This document shows, piece after piece, positions 37,187-47,087 of a stretch of 64,000 nt of DNA. The stretch is from NCBI GenBank assembly GCA_040752575.1, contig JBFMGK010000052.1, positions 1,674 through 65,673 on the forward strand, read 5' to 3'. This DNA comes from Candidatus Bipolaricaulota bacterium. Its GTDB lineage: Bacteria; Bipolaricaulota; Bipolaricaulia; UBA7950; UBA9294. Every line of letters begins with the position of its first letter. The first letter of the stretch is position 1. The position numbers were made by a program, and so were the translations under genes. The notes beneath the pieces were generated by a model. It saw only the letters and a program-made list of their open reading frames with translations, was not told where the DNA came from and did no database searches.

Positions 37187-38310
37187 CGGGCAGCTACCTC
37201 GCGGCCTGCGCGCAGGACATGCGAGACCGGCATGCCGACGGCAAAGCGGGGAATGTCCCGGTAGTCATCGAGATCGAGGATCACCAGATCGGCGGACTTG
37301 CCCACCTCCACGGTCCCTGCGACGTGCGCTCTGTGCGTCGCGGCGGCTCCATTCAGGGTCACCGCGCACAGCGCCTCGTTCAGGCTCATTCCCATGCGTT
37401 TGACCGCGGCGGCAACGCCTGTCCAGAGTGAGGCGACTCCTCCCATGATCAGGTCAGCGTACGACGCGAGGGCCACCGGAACGCCTGCGTCAAGAAGCGG
37501 CCGCGCGCTCGGCCACGCCTCATCGAAGATCAGGGGTCTTCCCGGCTCCAAGACGGCGATGACGCCCGCGTCGCGCAACGCCCGAGCCTCGTCGTGAGAC
37601 ACGTGCCGGACGCGGTCGATGGCGGTCAGTTCGACAACCCCCGCCACGCCGACAGCTTCCGCGACGGAGCCGCACGACTCGATGCGGAGCTCCAAGCCGG
37701 CTCCCCGCGCGGCACGCAGCGCGACCAGCGCTTCCTTGCGGGTATAGCCTGCCGCACCGCAGGCGACAGCAAACGTCGCGACTCGCCGTGCCCGCCGAAT
37801 CGCAGGGATGGTCTGCCCGACGAGGGAGGTGACCCTGTCCTCGTGCCCGGGGGATGGCGTTTCGCTGGGCGCCGAGAACGCGGATACGCTGACGTTGAGC
37901 AGATCTGCGTGGCCAAGCTCGCTGGCGAGGGCGAGGCCTTCCTCGAGCCCCGGACTGCCGTCGCGGTGCGACATCCGAAGATCGACCGCGGTCGTACCGA
38001 GTGCGGCGACCGATCCGAGAGCCGCCAGGGCGCGCCGGCGCACGGCGCTGTCGGTGGCTCCGCGGATCCTATCGAACGTCAGGCACGCATCGACGAGCCC
38101 CGGAAGCACAATACCCCCTTGGGCATCGACTTCCCGATCGGCCCTTGCGCCTGAACCCGCGGGTAGAATGGCGCCTACCCGGTCGCCCTCAAGAAGGATC
38201 TCCACGTCCTTGTGAATGGCAAGTCGCTCGGCACCTCCTCCGGGAACGGCGCCATTCCCCGTTGGCGTAACAAGTTGGCCGATGTGGTGAACGAGCGTCG
38301 TCGCGGGCAT
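37183..38310 (-). CDS. Amidohydrolase family protein
   Basis: Metal-dependent hydrolase signatures (GIVLPGLVDAC...). ATG at 38310. Overlaps the ispE start by 4 nt. Confidence 0.7.
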   Translation of the reverse strand: MPATTLVHHIGQLVTPTGNGAVPGGGAERLAIHKDVEILLEGDRVGAILPAGSGARADREVDAQGGIVLPGLVDACLTFDRIRGATDSAVRRRALAALGSVAALGTTAVDLRMSHRDGSPGLEEGLALASELGHADLLNVSVSAFSAPSETPSPGHEDRVTSLVGQTIPAIRRARRVATFAVACGAAGYTRKEALVALRAARGAGLELRIESCGSVAEAVGVAGVVELTAIDRVRHVSHDEARALRDAGVIAVLEPGRPLIFDEAWPSARPLLDAGVPVALASYADLIMGGVASLWTGVAAAVKRMGMSLNEALCAVTLNGAAATHRAHVAGTVEVGKSADLVILDLDDYRDIPRFAVGMPVSHVLRAGREVAAR

Positions 38311-38397
38311 CGCGGCAGTATAAGCGGCGGATCTGTGCTTTACAACGCGATTCCCGCTCCGTATACTCCACCCCAACGGGCGGCGAGAGGAGGACCG

Positions 38398-39288
38398 ATG
38401 CCGGGGTTCCGGGCGGGATTCATCGGAATCGTCGGACAGACGAACGTCGGGAAATCTACGTTTCTCAACGCCGTGATGGGAGAGAAGCTCCTGATCTCAT
38501 CGCCGAGACCGCAGTCGACGCGCGTCGCCGTCCGTTGCATTCTGACGCGCGAGGATGCCCAGCTCGTGTTCGTCGACACCCCCGGCCTTCATCATCCGCG
38601 GAATCGACTCGGCCAATCGCTCCAACGCGAGGCTCGGCGGAGCGTGCGCGAGCTGGACGTCATCGCGTACATGACTGTGGCACACGGAAAGGTGGCCCCG
38701 TTCGACCGCGAGCAACTCGAGCGCCTCTCGGAACTGGACAAGCCCCTCGTCCTCCTCGTGAACAAGATCGACCGGGCTAAGGGTAACGAGCTCGAGGAGA
38801 CGTTGTTGGCCTACGCGGCGTTCGAAGCTCTACGGGACCTCGTCCCCGTCTCGGCCACGCGGCGACTCGGTCTGAGAGAGGCGGTCGAAACGCTCATCCT
38901 GCATCTCCCCGAGCGCCCGCTCGTCTTCCCCGCGGAGGTCCGCTGCGACCGCCCGGAGACGTTTCTCGTCGAGGAGACCATTCGCGAGAAGGCGATCGAA
39001 GCCACGTACGACGAGCTTCCGTACGCGTTGGCGGTTCGTGTCCAGTGGATGCGCGAGCGCGAGGACGGGCTCATGGAGATCCGAGCCGAAATCCTCGTCA
39101 ACCGCGAGTCGCAGAAGGCGATTATCATCGGCAGGAAAGCCGAAGGCGTGCGCCGCGTTGGGATGAGAGCGCGCGCGGACCTCGAGAGGCTCCTCGGGCG
39201 TCGGGTCTTTCTGGATCTCCACGTTAGCGCCCGCCCGGGTTGGACCGCGAGTGAGCGGGACATTCGGGAACTCACGGGGGCACAGTGA
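38398..39288 (+). CDS. era: GTPase Era
   Basis: G1 GIVGQTNVGKST, G3 DTPG, NKID and a C-terminal KH domain. ATG at 38398 after GAGAGGAGGA. Confidence 0.9.
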   Translation: MPGFRAGFIGIVGQTNVGKSTFLNAVMGEKLLISSPRPQSTRVAVRCILTREDAQLVFVDTPGLHHPRNRLGQSLQREARRSVRELDVIAYMTVAHGKVAPFDREQLERLSELDKPLVLLVNKIDRAKGNELEETLLAYAAFEALRDLVPVSATRRLGLREAVETLILHLPERPLVFPAEVRCDRPETFLVEETIREKAIEATYDELPYALAVRVQWMREREDGLMEIRAEILVNRESQKAIIIGRKAEGVRRVGMRARADLERLLGRRVFLDLHVSARPGWTASERDIRELTGAQ

Positions 39289-41711
39289 ACGCTGGCGAGG
39301 TCCGGGAGCGCGCAGGCCGAAACCCCTCTGACGATGCCGTGCGCGCGCTGCGGATGATGGCGGGCATCCCGATCGGGGTGTTCGAGATCGAGAACGGGAA
39401 GATCACCTATGCCAACGACTACCTTCTTTCTCGCTCAGGCTATTCGATCGAGGAGATCCGCGCCCTAGATCCCGCAGAGCTGTTTGTCCCCGTCGACCGA
39501 GATCGCGTTCGTCAGGCGCTGTCCGAGCGCGCCCGCGGCGTCCCCGGCCAGCCGACGACGTACCGCCTCGCGGCCAAGGATGGGACCGAGTGCGTCGTCG
39601 AGATCGTGTCGCATCCGATTGGAGATGGGGGACGCGTCGAGGGAACGGCTCGCGACATCACGTCGGAAGCACGACTCACAGAGCTTCACCGCGCGGTCCT
39701 TGAACTCGGGGCCGTCATCCTCGGCGAACAGGATGTCGACCACATTCTGCAACTCGTGCTGGACACGATCACCGAGTACAGCGGCTTCCGTCGCGCGGTG
39801 CTCACGCTCTACGACCTCTCCGTGCCGGTGCCTCTCGACGGAGAGGCGAAAAAGATCCTCTCGTCCGGCCTAACCCTCGAAGAGCGGGCGGCGCTGCAGG
39901 GCCAGACCCCCATGCCTCCACAAGATCGGCGACGAGCATTCGACGACGCTTTTCGGATGGGATCCGCGTACTACATCCCGCACGACCGTGCGCCTTGGGG
40001 ACCCGAGCACGGTTTGTCCGGGACCCTCGCAGTGGACGGTTGGCACGTCGACGACTACCTGTTCATCCCGCTTCGCGGCTCTGCAGGGATTATCGGCCTG
40101 ATCTCCGTCGACGACCCCGTCGACGCGAGCGCGCCGACGGCACTCTCCATTGAGCCCGTCGCTTCGCTCGCCAACTTCGCGGCTCTTGCCGTCGAACGGG
40201 TCCATAAGTTGAATCAACTTCGGACTCAGAAAGACATCCTGCGCGGGCTCTCGCGGCTGGGCGAAGAGATCTCGCAGATCCAGGATCGAGGCGAGCTCTG
40301 TGCGGCAGCGGCCCGTCGCGTCTGCGACGACTTGGGGCACGACTATTGCGGCGTCTGGCTCCGCGATCGCGACGAGATTGTGCTCGAGGGTTGGGGTGCG
40401 AAAGGGACGTTCACGCGCTCGGAGATCCCGTCCCGCGGCACCCGACGGCCGCTCGAGGGTGGAGGGCTCACGCGGTGGGCCATGCGCTACGTCGAGCCCG
40501 TCCTCGTCGATGATGTGGCGGCCGATCCGCGCCATCGCGGGACGCGGCCCTCGGTTCGGTCTCTGGCTGCCGTTCCCATTCTCGGCCGCAAAGGGGTTCG
40601 CGGCGCTCTGGACATCGAGTCCGAGAAGCTGGCCGCCTTCGGCGAACTCGACCTGGAGGTCTTTGCGTCGCTCGCAAGCCAATTGTCGATTGCGCTGTCC
40701 TCGCTCGACCGACGGGAAACCTTGTCGCGCGTTACAGCCCTCGGCCAGCGCATCGCGACCTCGACCGAAGTGAACGAGGTGCTGGCCAGCGCGCTCGACT
40801 ACCTCGCGGAGCACTTCCACTACGAGTTGGCCACCGTCTTCCTGCCGGGTGATGGCGATCGACTTGAGATTCGCGGCATTCGAGGACCGTATCCCGAGTT
40901 CGGCAAGGGTCCGGGATGGGTCTTGCCCTCGGGGCGGGGGATCGTGTCGTGGGTGGCACGCAACCGCCGCTTCGCTTTGGTCAACGACGTTAAGGCCGAT
41001 CCACGCTACCTTGAGGCGCTTCCAGAGACCCGATCGGAGCTCGCGGTTCCCCTGCTCTTCGCCGACATGCTGGTGGGCGTTCTCAACGTGGAGAGCCCCG
41101 CGCCGAGCTTCTTCGACGATGAGGATCGCGTGGTGCTCGAGATGGTGGCGAACTACGTCGCGACGGCGCTCTCGAACCTCGCTTCCCAGCAAACGCTGCG
41201 CGCTCAGGCATTGCGGGATCCTCTCACAGGGCTGTTCAACCGCCATCACTTCAACTCGATCGTCGGGCCGGAGATGTCGCGCAGCGATCGTCATGCCCGA
41301 CCCTGCACGATCATGATGGTCGACGTCGATGGCTTCCGCGCCGTCAACAACCGGTTCGGCCACCTGAAGGGCGACGAGGTCCTGCAGGAGGTGGCACGCA
41401 TTCTGCTCGGGCAGACCCGCGCATCGGATCATGTCATCCGCTACGGCGGCGACGAGTTCGTCATCCTGATGCCCGAGACCGAAGAGAAGGAGGCGTCGCT
41501 TGTTGCCGACCGCCTTCGGCAGCACATGCCGCTCGTACCGCGCCGGACGGGCGTGTCGGAGATCGCGATGGGGCTCAGCATCGGGATCTATACTCGCAGG
41601 CCCCGCGAGTCCTCCTCTTTGGAGTCGATGCTCGAGGAAGTCGACCGGCGCCTCTACGCCGACAAGCGAGCGCGCAACGTCGAGCGGGCGGATGACTACA
41701 AGCATGGATAG
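39285..41711 (+). CDS. Sensor diguanylate cyclase: PAS domain, three GAF domains, C-terminal GGDEF domain
   Basis: RYGGDEF active-site motif. PAS N-terminus (GVFEIENGKITYANDY). GAF-like repeats. Start is either the GTG at 39285 overlapping the era stop or the ATG at 39354. Confidence 0.85.
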   Translation: MNAGEVRERAGRNPSDDAVRALRMMAGIPIGVFEIENGKITYANDYLLSRSGYSIEEIRALDPAELFVPVDRDRVRQALSERARGVPGQPTTYRLAAKDGTECVVEIVSHPIGDGGRVEGTARDITSEARLTELHRAVLELGAVILGEQDVDHILQLVLDTITEYSGFRRAVLTLYDLSVPVPLDGEAKKILSSGLTLEERAALQGQTPMPPQDRRRAFDDAFRMGSAYYIPHDRAPWGPEHGLSGTLAVDGWHVDDYLFIPLRGSAGIIGLISVDDPVDASAPTALSIEPVASLANFAALAVERVHKLNQLRTQKDILRGLSRLGEEISQIQDRGELCAAAARRVCDDLGHDYCGVWLRDRDEIVLEGWGAKGTFTRSEIPSRGTRRPLEGGGLTRWAMRYVEPVLVDDVAADPRHRGTRPSVRSLAAVPILGRKGVRGALDIESEKLAAFGELDLEVFASLASQLSIALSSLDRRETLSRVTALGQRIATSTEVNEVLASALDYLAEHFHYELATVFLPGDGDRLEIRGIRGPYPEFGKGPGWVLPSGRGIVSWVARNRRFALVNDVKADPRYLEALPETRSELAVPLLFADMLVGVLNVESPAPSFFDDEDRVVLEMVANYVATALSNLASQQTLRAQALRDPLTGLFNRHHFNSIVGPEMSRSDRHARPCTIMMVDVDGFRAVNNRFGHLKGDEVLQEVARILLGQTRASDHVIRYGGDEFVILMPETEEKEASLVADRLRQHMPLVPRRTGVSEIAMGLSIGIYTRRPRESSSLESMLEEVDRRLYADKRARNVERADDYKHG

Positions 41712-42567
41712 GCTGTCCACGCCGGGCGATCTCGCGGACTGCGAGGCGTTGCAGTGCGCGGTCTTCGGTGCACGCTCGCCGGCGGTCTTGCGAAGGCCGG
41801 CGCTTCACGTCGTCGCGGAGAGTGGCGGCCTCCTCCTCGGCGTGCGCGAGGCTCGCGGCCTGCCGTTGCTGGGTTGTCTGGTCGACTTCCCCTCCTCCTT
41901 CGGAGGGTTCGCGGCGCTTGTCTCGTACGCGCGGCTTGTCGCCCCGGAGGCCCGAGGACGCGGGTTCGGACTCGCTCTGCACGTCGCCGAGTGGGAGGAG
42001 GCTCGTTCTCTGAGCGCAGCCGTGATTCGCGGCTGGGTTGACCCCCTGTCCAGCGTCGAAAGCCACCTGCTATTCGGCCGCATGGGCGCCGTGGGAACCG
42101 ACTACGGGCGCGACATCTTCGGCGACGTCAGCGACCTCGGGCAGCGCGGCCTGGCGACGGACCGGGTTGCCTACGAGTGGTGGACCGAGTCGCCGCGCTC
42201 CTTGGCGGCGATGCAAAGCGCCTCGGCGTCGCACCCCGCGGTCGGATTGCACGAGATGGCCGTCGCCACCAGGACGAAGCCCGCCACCGGCGGGCACCGC
42301 GTCCTGCTCCATCACGATCTCGCCGGAACGCCGACCCACGTCCTCGTGGAGATCCCGGCGAGTCTCGAGGGCATCCAGTCTGCTGACCCCGGGGCCGCGC
42401 GGGATTGGCGCCTCGGAACCCGGGAGTTGTTCGAAGGGTTGTTCAAGACCGGGTATCTTCTCGTCGGCCTTGTCCACGAAGCCGGGCGCAGCTTCCAGTG
42501 GTTCGAGCGCGTCGGCCGTGGCGAGATCCTGGGGCGGGATCCGCGTAGCCATAGGAGGACGACATGA
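41704..42567 (+). CDS. GNAT-like acetyltransferase fold protein with C-terminal extension (hypothetical)
   Basis: RGRGFGLALHVAEWEEAR resembles GNAT motif A. The ATG at 41704 overlaps the cyclase stop. About 288 aa. Confidence 0.45.
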   Translation: MDRLSTPGDLADCEALQCAVFGARSPAVLRRPALHVVAESGGLLLGVREARGLPLLGCLVDFPSSFGGFAALVSYARLVAPEARGRGFGLALHVAEWEEARSLSAAVIRGWVDPLSSVESHLLFGRMGAVGTDYGRDIFGDVSDLGQRGLATDRVAYEWWTESPRSLAAMQSASASHPAVGLHEMAVATRTKPATGGHRVLLHHDLAGTPTHVLVEIPASLEGIQSADPGAARDWRLGTRELFEGLFKTGYLLVGLVHEAGRSFQWFERVGRGEILGRDPRSHRRTT

Positions 42568-43250
42568 AGCGAGAGGATCTTGCCGCCGCGATCGACCACA
42601 CGCTTCTTGGTCCCGCGGCGACGAGCGAAGCCGTGGATCGGTTGTGCGACGAAGCCGTGCGCCTCGGCGCCGCGTCGGTGTGCGTGAACCCTCGGCACGC
42701 CGTCCGTGCTCGCGAACGGATCGCCGGAACCTCTGTCCGGCTATGCGTCGTCATCGGCTTTCCGCACGGGATGACGACCCCTGCCGTCAAAGCGTTCGAA
42801 GCCCGCGAGGCCATCGCAGCCGGGGCAGAGGAACTGGACATGGTTCTGGCGGTTGGGGCCCTCAAGGACGGCGATGACGAGGGCGTAAGGGCCGACATCG
42901 CCGCCGTGTGCGATGTCGCCCATGCCGCCCGGCCGAGGGCGACCGTCAAGGTGATCCTGGAGACCTGCTTACTGAGCGATGACGAGAAGCGCCGCGCGGC
43001 TGTTCTCGCCGAACACGCAGGGGCCGACTTCGTGAAGACCTCCACGGGTTTCGCCGCGGGCGGGGCTACCGTGGAGGACGTACGGCTGCTGCGCGCTTCG
43101 GTGACCCCGGGCGTCTCCGTTAAGGCGGCGGGAGGCATCCGAGACACCGCCACGGCCCTCGCGATGCTCGATGCAGGCGCATCGCGAATCGGCGCAAGCC
43201 GAACGGCGGACATTCTCGCCGGGCTCGACGCCGGATCCGCAAGGAGGTAG
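42564..43250 (+). CDS. deoC: Deoxyribose-phosphate aldolase
   Basis: VCVNP, VKTSTGF and VKAAGGIR motifs with the active-site Lys context. Confidence 0.9.
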   Translation: MKREDLAAAIDHTLLGPAATSEAVDRLCDEAVRLGAASVCVNPRHAVRARERIAGTSVRLCVVIGFPHGMTTPAVKAFEAREAIAAGAEELDMVLAVGALKDGDDEGVRADIAAVCDVAHAARPRATVKVILETCLLSDDEKRRAAVLAEHAGADFVKTSTGFAAGGATVEDVRLLRASVTPGVSVKAAGGIRDTATALAMLDAGASRIGASRTADILAGLDAGSARR

Positions 43251-43253
43251 GAC

Positions 43254-43625
43254 GTGCTCCGTTGCGAGCTGCGATCGCCTGACCGCTTGCTGTTCGACGG
43301 CGAGGCCCGCGAGGTCTCGGCGCGCAGCGGACGCGGCCCGTTCACGATTCTCCCGCAGCACGCCGCGTTGGTCGTTGCCCTCGAGCCGGGACTCGTGCGC
43401 ATCGGAACGCCGGACGGCGTCAGGCGATTCGCCTGCATCGGCGGAACGCTCGTCGTGGACGAGGACCGCGTACAGATCTCGAGCCCCGAAGCGGTTCCCG
43501 TCGAAGAAATCGATCTCCAGGCGGTTCGCGCACAGGCGTCCGACGCATCCGGCCCCCCGGAAGAGCGCCAGCGCATCGCCGTGCGTCTTGCCGCGCTCGA
43601 ACGGGCGGTGGAGGGTCGTGTCTAG
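43254..43625 (+). CDS. atpC: F-type ATP synthase epsilon-subunit-like protein (orphan, outside an atp operon)
   Basis: 123 aa. GTG after AAGGAGG. N-terminal beta-sandwich motif SGRGPFTILPQHAALVVALEPGLVRI and a C-terminal helical region. Confidence 0.65.
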   Translation: MLRCELRSPDRLLFDGEAREVSARSGRGPFTILPQHAALVVALEPGLVRIGTPDGVRRFACIGGTLVVDEDRVQISSPEAVPVEEIDLQAVRAQASDASGPPEERQRIAVRLAALERAVEGRV

Positions 43626-44880
43626 GCGGGTCGTCGTCACCGGCGTCGGGCCCGTGACGCCGATCGGCGCCGGGAAAGACGCTTTCTGGGATGGTCTGCG
43701 CTCCGGGCGAAGCGGCGTGCGGCGGGTCGACGACCTCATCGACCTTGAGGGGATCGACGTCAAGATCGGCGCGCCGATTGTCGGGTTCGACCCCACGCAG
43801 TTCATCGACCCGAAGAAGGCACGTCGCATGGACCGTTCCATCCAGCTCGCGCTGGCCGCGTGCTCCCTCGCGCTGGCCGACGCGAACATCTCCTCCAGCG
43901 CGATCGACCCGTATCGAGCGGCGGTCGTCGCCGGCACGGGGATCGGCGGGATGGAGACGTTCGACGCGAACCTTCGAGAGATGCTATCCCGCGGCCCTCG
44001 CCGCGTGAGTCCTTTCTTCGTGACGAGCCTCATGCCGAATGCTATGGCGGGCGAGATCTCGATCGAGCACGGCTTCCGCGGCGTCAACCTCGGCGTGGTC
44101 TCGGCCTGCGCATCGAGTGCTCACGCCATCGGCCTGGCGGCGCACCTTGTCGCAACCGGCCTCGCCGACGTCGCTCTAGCCGGTGGAGCCGAGGCCGTCC
44201 TCCTGAGGATCACGTACGCGGGGTTCGCGCGCATCGGCGCCGTATCCCGGCGCAACGACGAGCCGGCGCGCGCTTCTCGACCTTTCGATCGGGATCGAGA
44301 TGGGTTCGTGATGGGCGAGGGCGGGGGCTTCGTCGTCCTCGAAGCGGAGGAAGGCGCGACACGTCGCGGAGCCCACGTCTACGGCGAACTCGCCGGCTTC
44401 GGGATGACCGCCGACGCGAGTCACATCACAGCCCCGGCCGAGGACGGCGATGGGGCGCGCCGTGCGATTCTCCTCGCACTCGCTGCGGCGGGTCGGCAGC
44501 CGGAGGACGTGGACTACATCAACGCGCACGGAACCTCCACGGAAGCCAATGATCGCGTCGAGACACTGGCCATCCGCCGTGCCCTCGGCGATCACGCGGA
44601 TCGAGTGCACGTGAGCGCCACGAAGTCGCAGATCGGCCATCTCCTGGGGGCCGCCGGCGGCGTGGAAGTCATCGCCACGCTCCTGGCCATGGAAAACTCG
44701 CTGATCCCCGCAACCCTCAACTACGAGGTTCCCGATCCGTCGTGCGACCTGAACTACACGCCGACGTCGGTGCGTCGGCCGATTCGCGTGGCCCTGTCGA
44801 ACTCGTTCGGGTTCGGGGGCCAGAATGCCTGCCTCGTCTTCGTTCGCGAATCGGAGGGTTCCGCTAGAACTGGCGGATGA
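43618..44880 (+). CDS. fabF: Beta-ketoacyl-ACP synthase II
   Basis: VVVTGVGPVTPIG N-terminus. Active-site Cys context (VSACASSAH). HGTST and GHLLGAAG motifs. GTG start overlaps the atpC-like stop. The 150-aa ORF N-terminal extension was rejected. Confidence 0.9.
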   Translation: MSRRVVVTGVGPVTPIGAGKDAFWDGLRSGRSGVRRVDDLIDLEGIDVKIGAPIVGFDPTQFIDPKKARRMDRSIQLALAACSLALADANISSSAIDPYRAAVVAGTGIGGMETFDANLREMLSRGPRRVSPFFVTSLMPNAMAGEISIEHGFRGVNLGVVSACASSAHAIGLAAHLVATGLADVALAGGAEAVLLRITYAGFARIGAVSRRNDEPARASRPFDRDRDGFVMGEGGGFVVLEAEEGATRRGAHVYGELAGFGMTADASHITAPAEDGDGARRAILLALAAAGRQPEDVDYINAHGTSTEANDRVETLAIRRALGDHADRVHVSATKSQIGHLLGAAGGVEVIATLLAMENSLIPATLNYEVPDPSCDLNYTPTSVRRPIRVALSNSFGFGGQNACLVFVRESEGSARTGG

Positions 44881-45871
44881 ACCGAAGGTCGTTGGACAGG
44901 AAGGCGCGAATCTCGTCGATCCCGTACTTGAGCATCGCCATACGTTCGATGCCAAGCCCGAAAGCGAAGCCTGTCACCTTCTCGGGGTCGTAGCCGACGC
45001 CCTCGAGGACCGCGGGGTCGACCATGCCGGCTCCCATGATCTCGAGCCATCGCTCGGCACCGGGAGCGCGGATATGCACTTGAACCGACGGTTCCGTGAA
45101 CGGGAAGAAGTCGCCCGAAAAGCGCATGGCATAGCCGGGGCCAAAGAACTCGCGTGTGAACAGCTCGAGCACGTACTTGAGATGGGCGAGAGACAGGCCG
45201 GCTTCCACCCAAAGCAACTCGATCTGGTGGAACACGGGCGAGTGGGTCGCGTCCTGCGCGTCGCGGCGGTAGCATCGTCCCGGGCAGATGATGCGAACGG
45301 GAGGCTGCGTCGACTCCATCACGCGAATCTGCACAGGCGACGTGTGGGGTCGGAGCAGTGTCGTGTCGGTGATGTAGAACGTGTCCCAGTCAGCCCGGGC
45401 CGGATGGTCAGCCGGGATGTTCAACGCATCGAAATTGTAGTGCTCGGTCTCAATCTCGGGACCCGTTGCGATGTCGAATCCCATTCGCAAGAAGATCGAC
45501 TCGATGTCTCGTTGGACCCGCGTCAGGGGGTGAAGGTGCCCCAGCGGACGAACCGCGCCCGGCATCGTGACGTCGACCCTCTCGCGTTCGAGTCTTGCGC
45601 CTCGGTCCGCCGCCTCCGCCGCGGCTTGTCGCTCCCCGAGCCGTCGCTCGGCCTCGGACTTGACTGCGTTCAGAAGCTGACCGGCGTCGCTGCGGTCTCC
45701 GGGCGGCAAGGCGCCCAGGACCTTGAAGAGCTGAGCGATCCGACCTTTTCGTCCTAGAAACTCCACGCGCAGAGCCTCGAGCTGTTGTGGATTGCCTGCC
45801 TCGGCAAGGGCGATGCCTAAGGCGCCGTCCAGATCGGCAATCTCGCGCTTCAGGCTCTCCAGTGTGGCCAT
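44864..45871 (-). CDS. pheS: Phenylalanine--tRNA ligase alpha subunit
   Basis: Class II aaRS motifs (FPFTEPS, GxGxERxA). ATG about 45871 (MATLESLKREIADL). No pheT follows it. Confidence 0.9.
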   Translation of the reverse strand: MATLESLKREIADLDGALGIALAEAGNPQQLEALRVEFLGRKGRIAQLFKVLGALPPGDRSDAGQLLNAVKSEAERRLGERQAAAEAADRGARLERERVDVTMPGAVRPLGHLHPLTRVQRDIESIFLRMGFDIATGPEIETEHYNFDALNIPADHPARADWDTFYITDTTLLRPHTSPVQIRVMESTQPPVRIICPGRCYRRDAQDATHSPVFHQIELLWVEAGLSLAHLKYVLELFTREFFGPGYAMRFSGDFFPFTEPSVQVHIRAPGAERWLEIMGAGMVDPAVLEGVGYDPEKVTGFAFGLGIERMAMLKYGIDEIRAFLSNDLRFIRQF

Positions 45872-45983
45872 TTGGCGCGGAGTATAACGGTCGCTTCTCC
45901 CATTGACAAGTGGGTTTCCGCGTGTAGTCTCAAGAGGAGCGAGGTGGCCCGCCCGAGCGAGGCAGCCTCGGGAAGGGGAAACC

Positions 45984-47087
45984 GTGGACCAGGAGCAGGC
46001 AGTCTGTGGCCGCCGGCGGAACGCTCTCCTCGAGAGCCTCGGCGGCAAGGCCTTCGTGGCCTACAACTACGAGCACTCGGACAGGGCAACCCTCCGGTAC
46101 TTGACAGGGTTCACGGGCGAGGGGGCGCTGGTCCTCGCGCCCCGCAGCGCGGTCTTGCTCACGGATTCCCGCTACACCGAGCAAGCGCGCGGCGAGGTGG
46201 GCGACGTCGAGGTCGTGGAGAGCCGTGAGTGGATGGCCAAGGATCTTGCCACGACGCTGTTGGCCAGAGAACTCGACACCGTCGTCTTCGCGGCGCGCCG
46301 CGTGACCTACAGCTGGTTCGACACGCTGCGAAAGCTGGGTTCGTTCACCCTGTTCGACATGCCCGACCCTACGCTGGAGCTCCGCGCCGTGAAGTCCGAA
46401 GAAGAAGTGGGTGTGCTGCGTCAAGCGGCACGGTTGGCCGATGAGGCCTTGCGGGCTCTGCTCCCCGAGATTCGCGTCGGGGCGAACGAGGCCGACCTCG
46501 CGTTGCGACTCGAGGGCCTGCTGCGTGCAGCCGGCTCGGAGGGTGTCGCCTTTGAGACGAACGTGTCCGCGGGGCCCAACTCGGCCCTCAATCACTACAA
46601 TCCCTCTCTGGGTCGGCGAGAACTCCAACGCGGGGACCTCTTGCTATTCGACTTCGGCGCCTGTGTCGGCGGCTATCGCTCCGACCTGACTCGGACGTTC
46701 TGCGTGGGCAGAGCATCGCGCCAGGCAGCGGAGATCTACGACGTTGTGCTGCGCGCCAACGAAGCGGGGATCCGTGCCGTGACCGCCGGTGCGCCGGGCG
46801 TTGCGGTGGATACCGCGGCGCGTCAAGTGATCGTCGACGCCGGGTTTGGCGAACGCTTCGGTCACGGACTTGGGCACGGAGTCGGGCTCGAGGTTCACGA
46901 GCGGCCGGCGCTGGGGCCGTTTAGCAAGGACGTGCTGTCGGCCGGGATGGTGACGACTGTGGAACCGGGCATCTACATCCCCGGCTTCGGCGGCGTTCGG
47001 ATTGAGGACGACGTGGTCGTCACGGCGACCGGGTGCGAAGTTCTCACCTCGTTCCCCAAGGATCGCCTGCTGGAGGTGGGCACGTGA
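45984..47087 (+). CDS. M24 family Xaa-Pro aminopeptidase
   Basis: Creatinase/prolidase N-domain plus pita-bread metal ligands (DxGxxxxGYxSD, HGxGHGxG, EPG, IED). GTG at 45984 after GGGAAGGGG. Confidence 0.85.
   Translation: MDQEQAVCGRRRNALLESLGGKAFVAYNYEHSDRATLRYLTGFTGEGALVLAPRSAVLLTDSRYTEQARGEVGDVEVVESREWMAKDLATTLLARELDTVVFAARRVTYSWFDTLRKLGSFTLFDMPDPTLELRAVKSEEEVGVLRQAARLADEALRALLPEIRVGANEADLALRLEGLLRAAGSEGVAFETNVSAGPNSALNHYNPSLGRRELQRGDLLLFDFGACVGGYRSDLTRTFCVGRASRQAAEIYDVVLRANEAGIRAVTAGAPGVAVDTAARQVIVDAGFGERFGHGLGHGVGLEVHERPALGPFSKDVLSAGMVTTVEPGIYIPGFGGVRIEDDVVVTATGCEVLTSFPKDRLLEVGT

Noticed and set aside
43500-43630. Apparent 1-nt disagreement between the printed sequence numbering and the ORF-track coordinates around the atpC-like/fabF junction (and a possible 1-nt offset at the pheS start)
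   Set aside because: Probably my own mis-reading of a homopolymer (the CCCCCC GG run). Coordinates elsewhere (era, cysS, the aminopeptidase, mrpC stop) agree exactly, so I relied on the ORF-track coordinates.
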